Shown: piece by piece, positions 61,998 to 64,000 of the stretch
Layout of the letters: each line of letters opens with the position of its first letter
How positions within the stretch are numbered: the stretch's first letter is position 1
Origin: Amphiscolops sp. MND2022
Taxonomy: Eukaryota
DNA: 64,000 nucleotides
NCBI GenBank assembly: GCA_964187785.1
Contig: OZ076412.1
Span: 27,094,001 to 27,158,000 of the forward strand
Direction: 5' to 3'
The notes under the pieces: model-generated
The model's database searches: none
What the model was told of the DNA's origin: nothing
What the model saw: only the letters and a program-made list of their open reading frames with translations
Position numbers and translations under genes: made by a program

Positions 61998-63330
61998 CTA
62001 ACATCTTCGTCCCCTGATTCTACATTGTCCACAGTCGCACACCCTTAACCATGTACAAGAGTTGTCTTCGTCGAACTGGTTATTGTAGTGTCTCCACATA
62101 TCGCAGAGAAGTCTGTCTTTGAGACCCATTCCGTTGCCAATGTCAAAGCAATTATTAACCTTGTTCACGATCTGACAATTCCTAAAGAAAAATTCGCTGC
62201 GGCTTCTCTCAGTCCGGGGGATTTTCATTTGATAGTTCATGGGTCTGCGTGCGCTGCAAGTCATTTTGGTATGTAAGTTCAAAATGTTCGCCAGGTTTCC
62301 TCTGGTAAGCGATGAAAAAAGTAGGAGATCGTTCATCTGCACAAACATTGGTAGCGGCAAAATGTTCAGTAGCCTCAAACTGTTAGCATAGCAAGTCTGT
62401 TTGTTGCCCATTATCCATTTCACAGCTTTCTTCTGGAGCCTCTCTAAAGCGTTCATGATGGCTTTTGATTGTTTGGCACAAAAAAGTCCATAGGTGACGG
62501 TCGGAAGTACCAGCGATTTGTACAGGTTCAGCTTAGTGTTAGATTTAACATTGTACGCAATGTTCCGCCTGAGGGAGAACAAAACATTATAGGCTTTTTT
62601 CAACCTACTGCTAACATGTGCTGACCAGTTGAGATCTTTTTTTACAAAGATGCCAAGGTCTTTAACTTCTTCTGTGTCCTCAAAGTTGATGTTTCCGACT
62701 TTATATTGACAATTTGTACCTCTGAACTCAAGTTTGTAGCATTTATCCGGAGGCAAGCTCATTCCATTGGTGTCAACCCAGTTCGAAATGGCTCTAAGTC
62801 GGATTTTATTTGCGCTTGTCTTCGCGACAGCTAATATTTTTAGATCATCTGCAAATATGTAGGGATCACTAAACTTCAGTGCTTCGGGGAGGTCGTTTAT
62901 GAAAATACAGAACAATAAGGGACCCACGAGAGATCCTTGGGGCACTCCACTTGTAATTTCTAACTGCTGAGATATAGTGTTCCCAACTCTAACGTGCTGG
63001 GTTCGTCGTTCCAAGTAGTTACAAAGAATATCGAGAAAGCAGCCTCCAACGCCAATTGCACTCACTTTCTTCAGCAGCTCATAATGCGGTACTCGGTCAA
63101 ATGCTTTCGCAAAGTCGGTGTAAAAAGCGACCACTGTATCACTAGAATTTTTATCCAAGGCTTCATGTATGTCTTTCAAGAATTTCAGCATGTTTGATTG
63201 AACTGATCTTCCACGGACAAATCCGTGCTGGTTTCTGGAGAGAAAGAAAGAGAAATGAAGAAAGAGAGGATCATACAAGCACTTTTCGAAAACTTTGCTG
63301 TCAATATTCAGAAGCGACACTGGTCTGTAA
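61998..63330 (-). CDS. LINE ORF2 reverse transcriptase; continues at 63896-64000 once the MITE is removed
   Basis: YRPVSLL, QHGF, YTDFAKAFD, SGVPQGSLVGPLLF, FADD. Excising 63331-63895 restores ...VPVYKKGDKQLVKNYRPVSLL without a stop. Confidence 0.9.
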
Positions 63331-63887
63331 GGTAAATGGTCACTTGGCTTAATGCCACTTGGCTTAAAGTCATTTGGCTTAATACAATTGGTCACTTGGC
63401 CTAATTTTTTTAAGCCAAGTGTCTCGGGTATTGGTCACTTGGCTTAAAGTCATTTGACTGATAACCACTTAGTTGAAAACACGTGGCAGACTTTGTCGAA
63501 TTCATCTTTATAACGTAGTCATCGTATTATTATAACATGTCATATCAAGTACCCCTCGGATATGTCCCCATTTCCTCTAGTGCCGTGCGGCCCCTTGGGG
63601 CCGCATATGTTCTCATCTTGCTAAGCGAGGTCGAACAGGAGAAAAGACTCAGCGGGAACGAAGATCGCGAAGCGATCGTAGTGGGAGCTGGTCTTTGCGA
63701 CGGTGAGGGCGAGCGTGCATACACCGCATATGCCCCACATTATGATATTTCCGGGAGTTGACATATTTATTCCTTGAGTTGGAATGGAGTTGGCTTAATT
63801 TTGTGGTCACTTGGCTTAAAATTTTTAAGCCAAATGACTCGACGAAAAAATTAAGCCAAATGGTATTAAGCCAAGTGACTGGTAACC
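63331..63887. mobile_element. Complete 557-bp TGGCTTAA-arm MITE
   Basis: Perfect 8-bp TSD GTCTGTAA (63323-63330 and 63888-63895). GG...CC ends, imperfect TIRs, shared ~190-bp core. Confidence 0.93.
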
Positions 63888-64000
63888 GTCTGTAATTCTT
63901 TACTAATTGTTTATCGCCCTTCTTGTAGACAGGCACGATAGTAGCATCTTTCCAACATCTAGGAAGTGTTCGTAGCCTTTTAACATTCTTGAATAGTTTG

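Larger units (their letters stand above)
61935..64000 (-). mobile_element. Young CR1/L2-like LINE, 3' part with a (CAA)n tail; runs off the window
   Basis: (TGT)n at 61935-61952 equals a (CAA)n tail on the minus strand. The RT frame is open. Confidence 0.9.

Overview
Eukaryotic, AT-rich, transposon-dense window, probably from an invertebrate; the taxon cannot be fixed from sequence alone. It contains one 200-N scaffold gap. Only one convincing host gene is present: an intronless GT61 (EOGT/POMGNT2-like) type II membrane glycosyltransferase at 490-1980 (-). The rest is mostly mobile DNA. (1) A complete but degenerate 5.8-kb Ty3/Gypsy element (6467-12285, TSD GAAGA) whose RT has a WLDD motif. 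(2) A clade of Gypsy elements whose Gag ORF starts inside the LTR and reads through the LTR end and PBS (pieces at 4.5, 17.6, 18.7-23.8 and 24.0-37.7 kb). (3) The largest of these, about 13.6 kb (24016-37653, -), appears to carry between pol and its 3' LTR an antisense, intron-containing zinc-finger gene with three phase-consistent GT-AG introns and its own polyA signals. This is the strongest candidate for an undescribed system. (4) A 4-unit tandem array of about 2.9 kb per unit (40.3-54 kb) built from a LINE 5' half plus a composite MITE. (5) CR1/L2-like LINEs, a CRE-clade RLE retrotransposon, two Helentron/DINE-like HINEs, a hAT MITE, and a nested set of GG-ended MITEs with 8-9-bp TSDs. Several of these MITEs share one hairpin-rich ~190-bp core but have different repeat arms. 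No rRNA, tRNA or CRISPR was seen. All alignments and identities were judged by eye and family assignments rest on motifs, without database searches.
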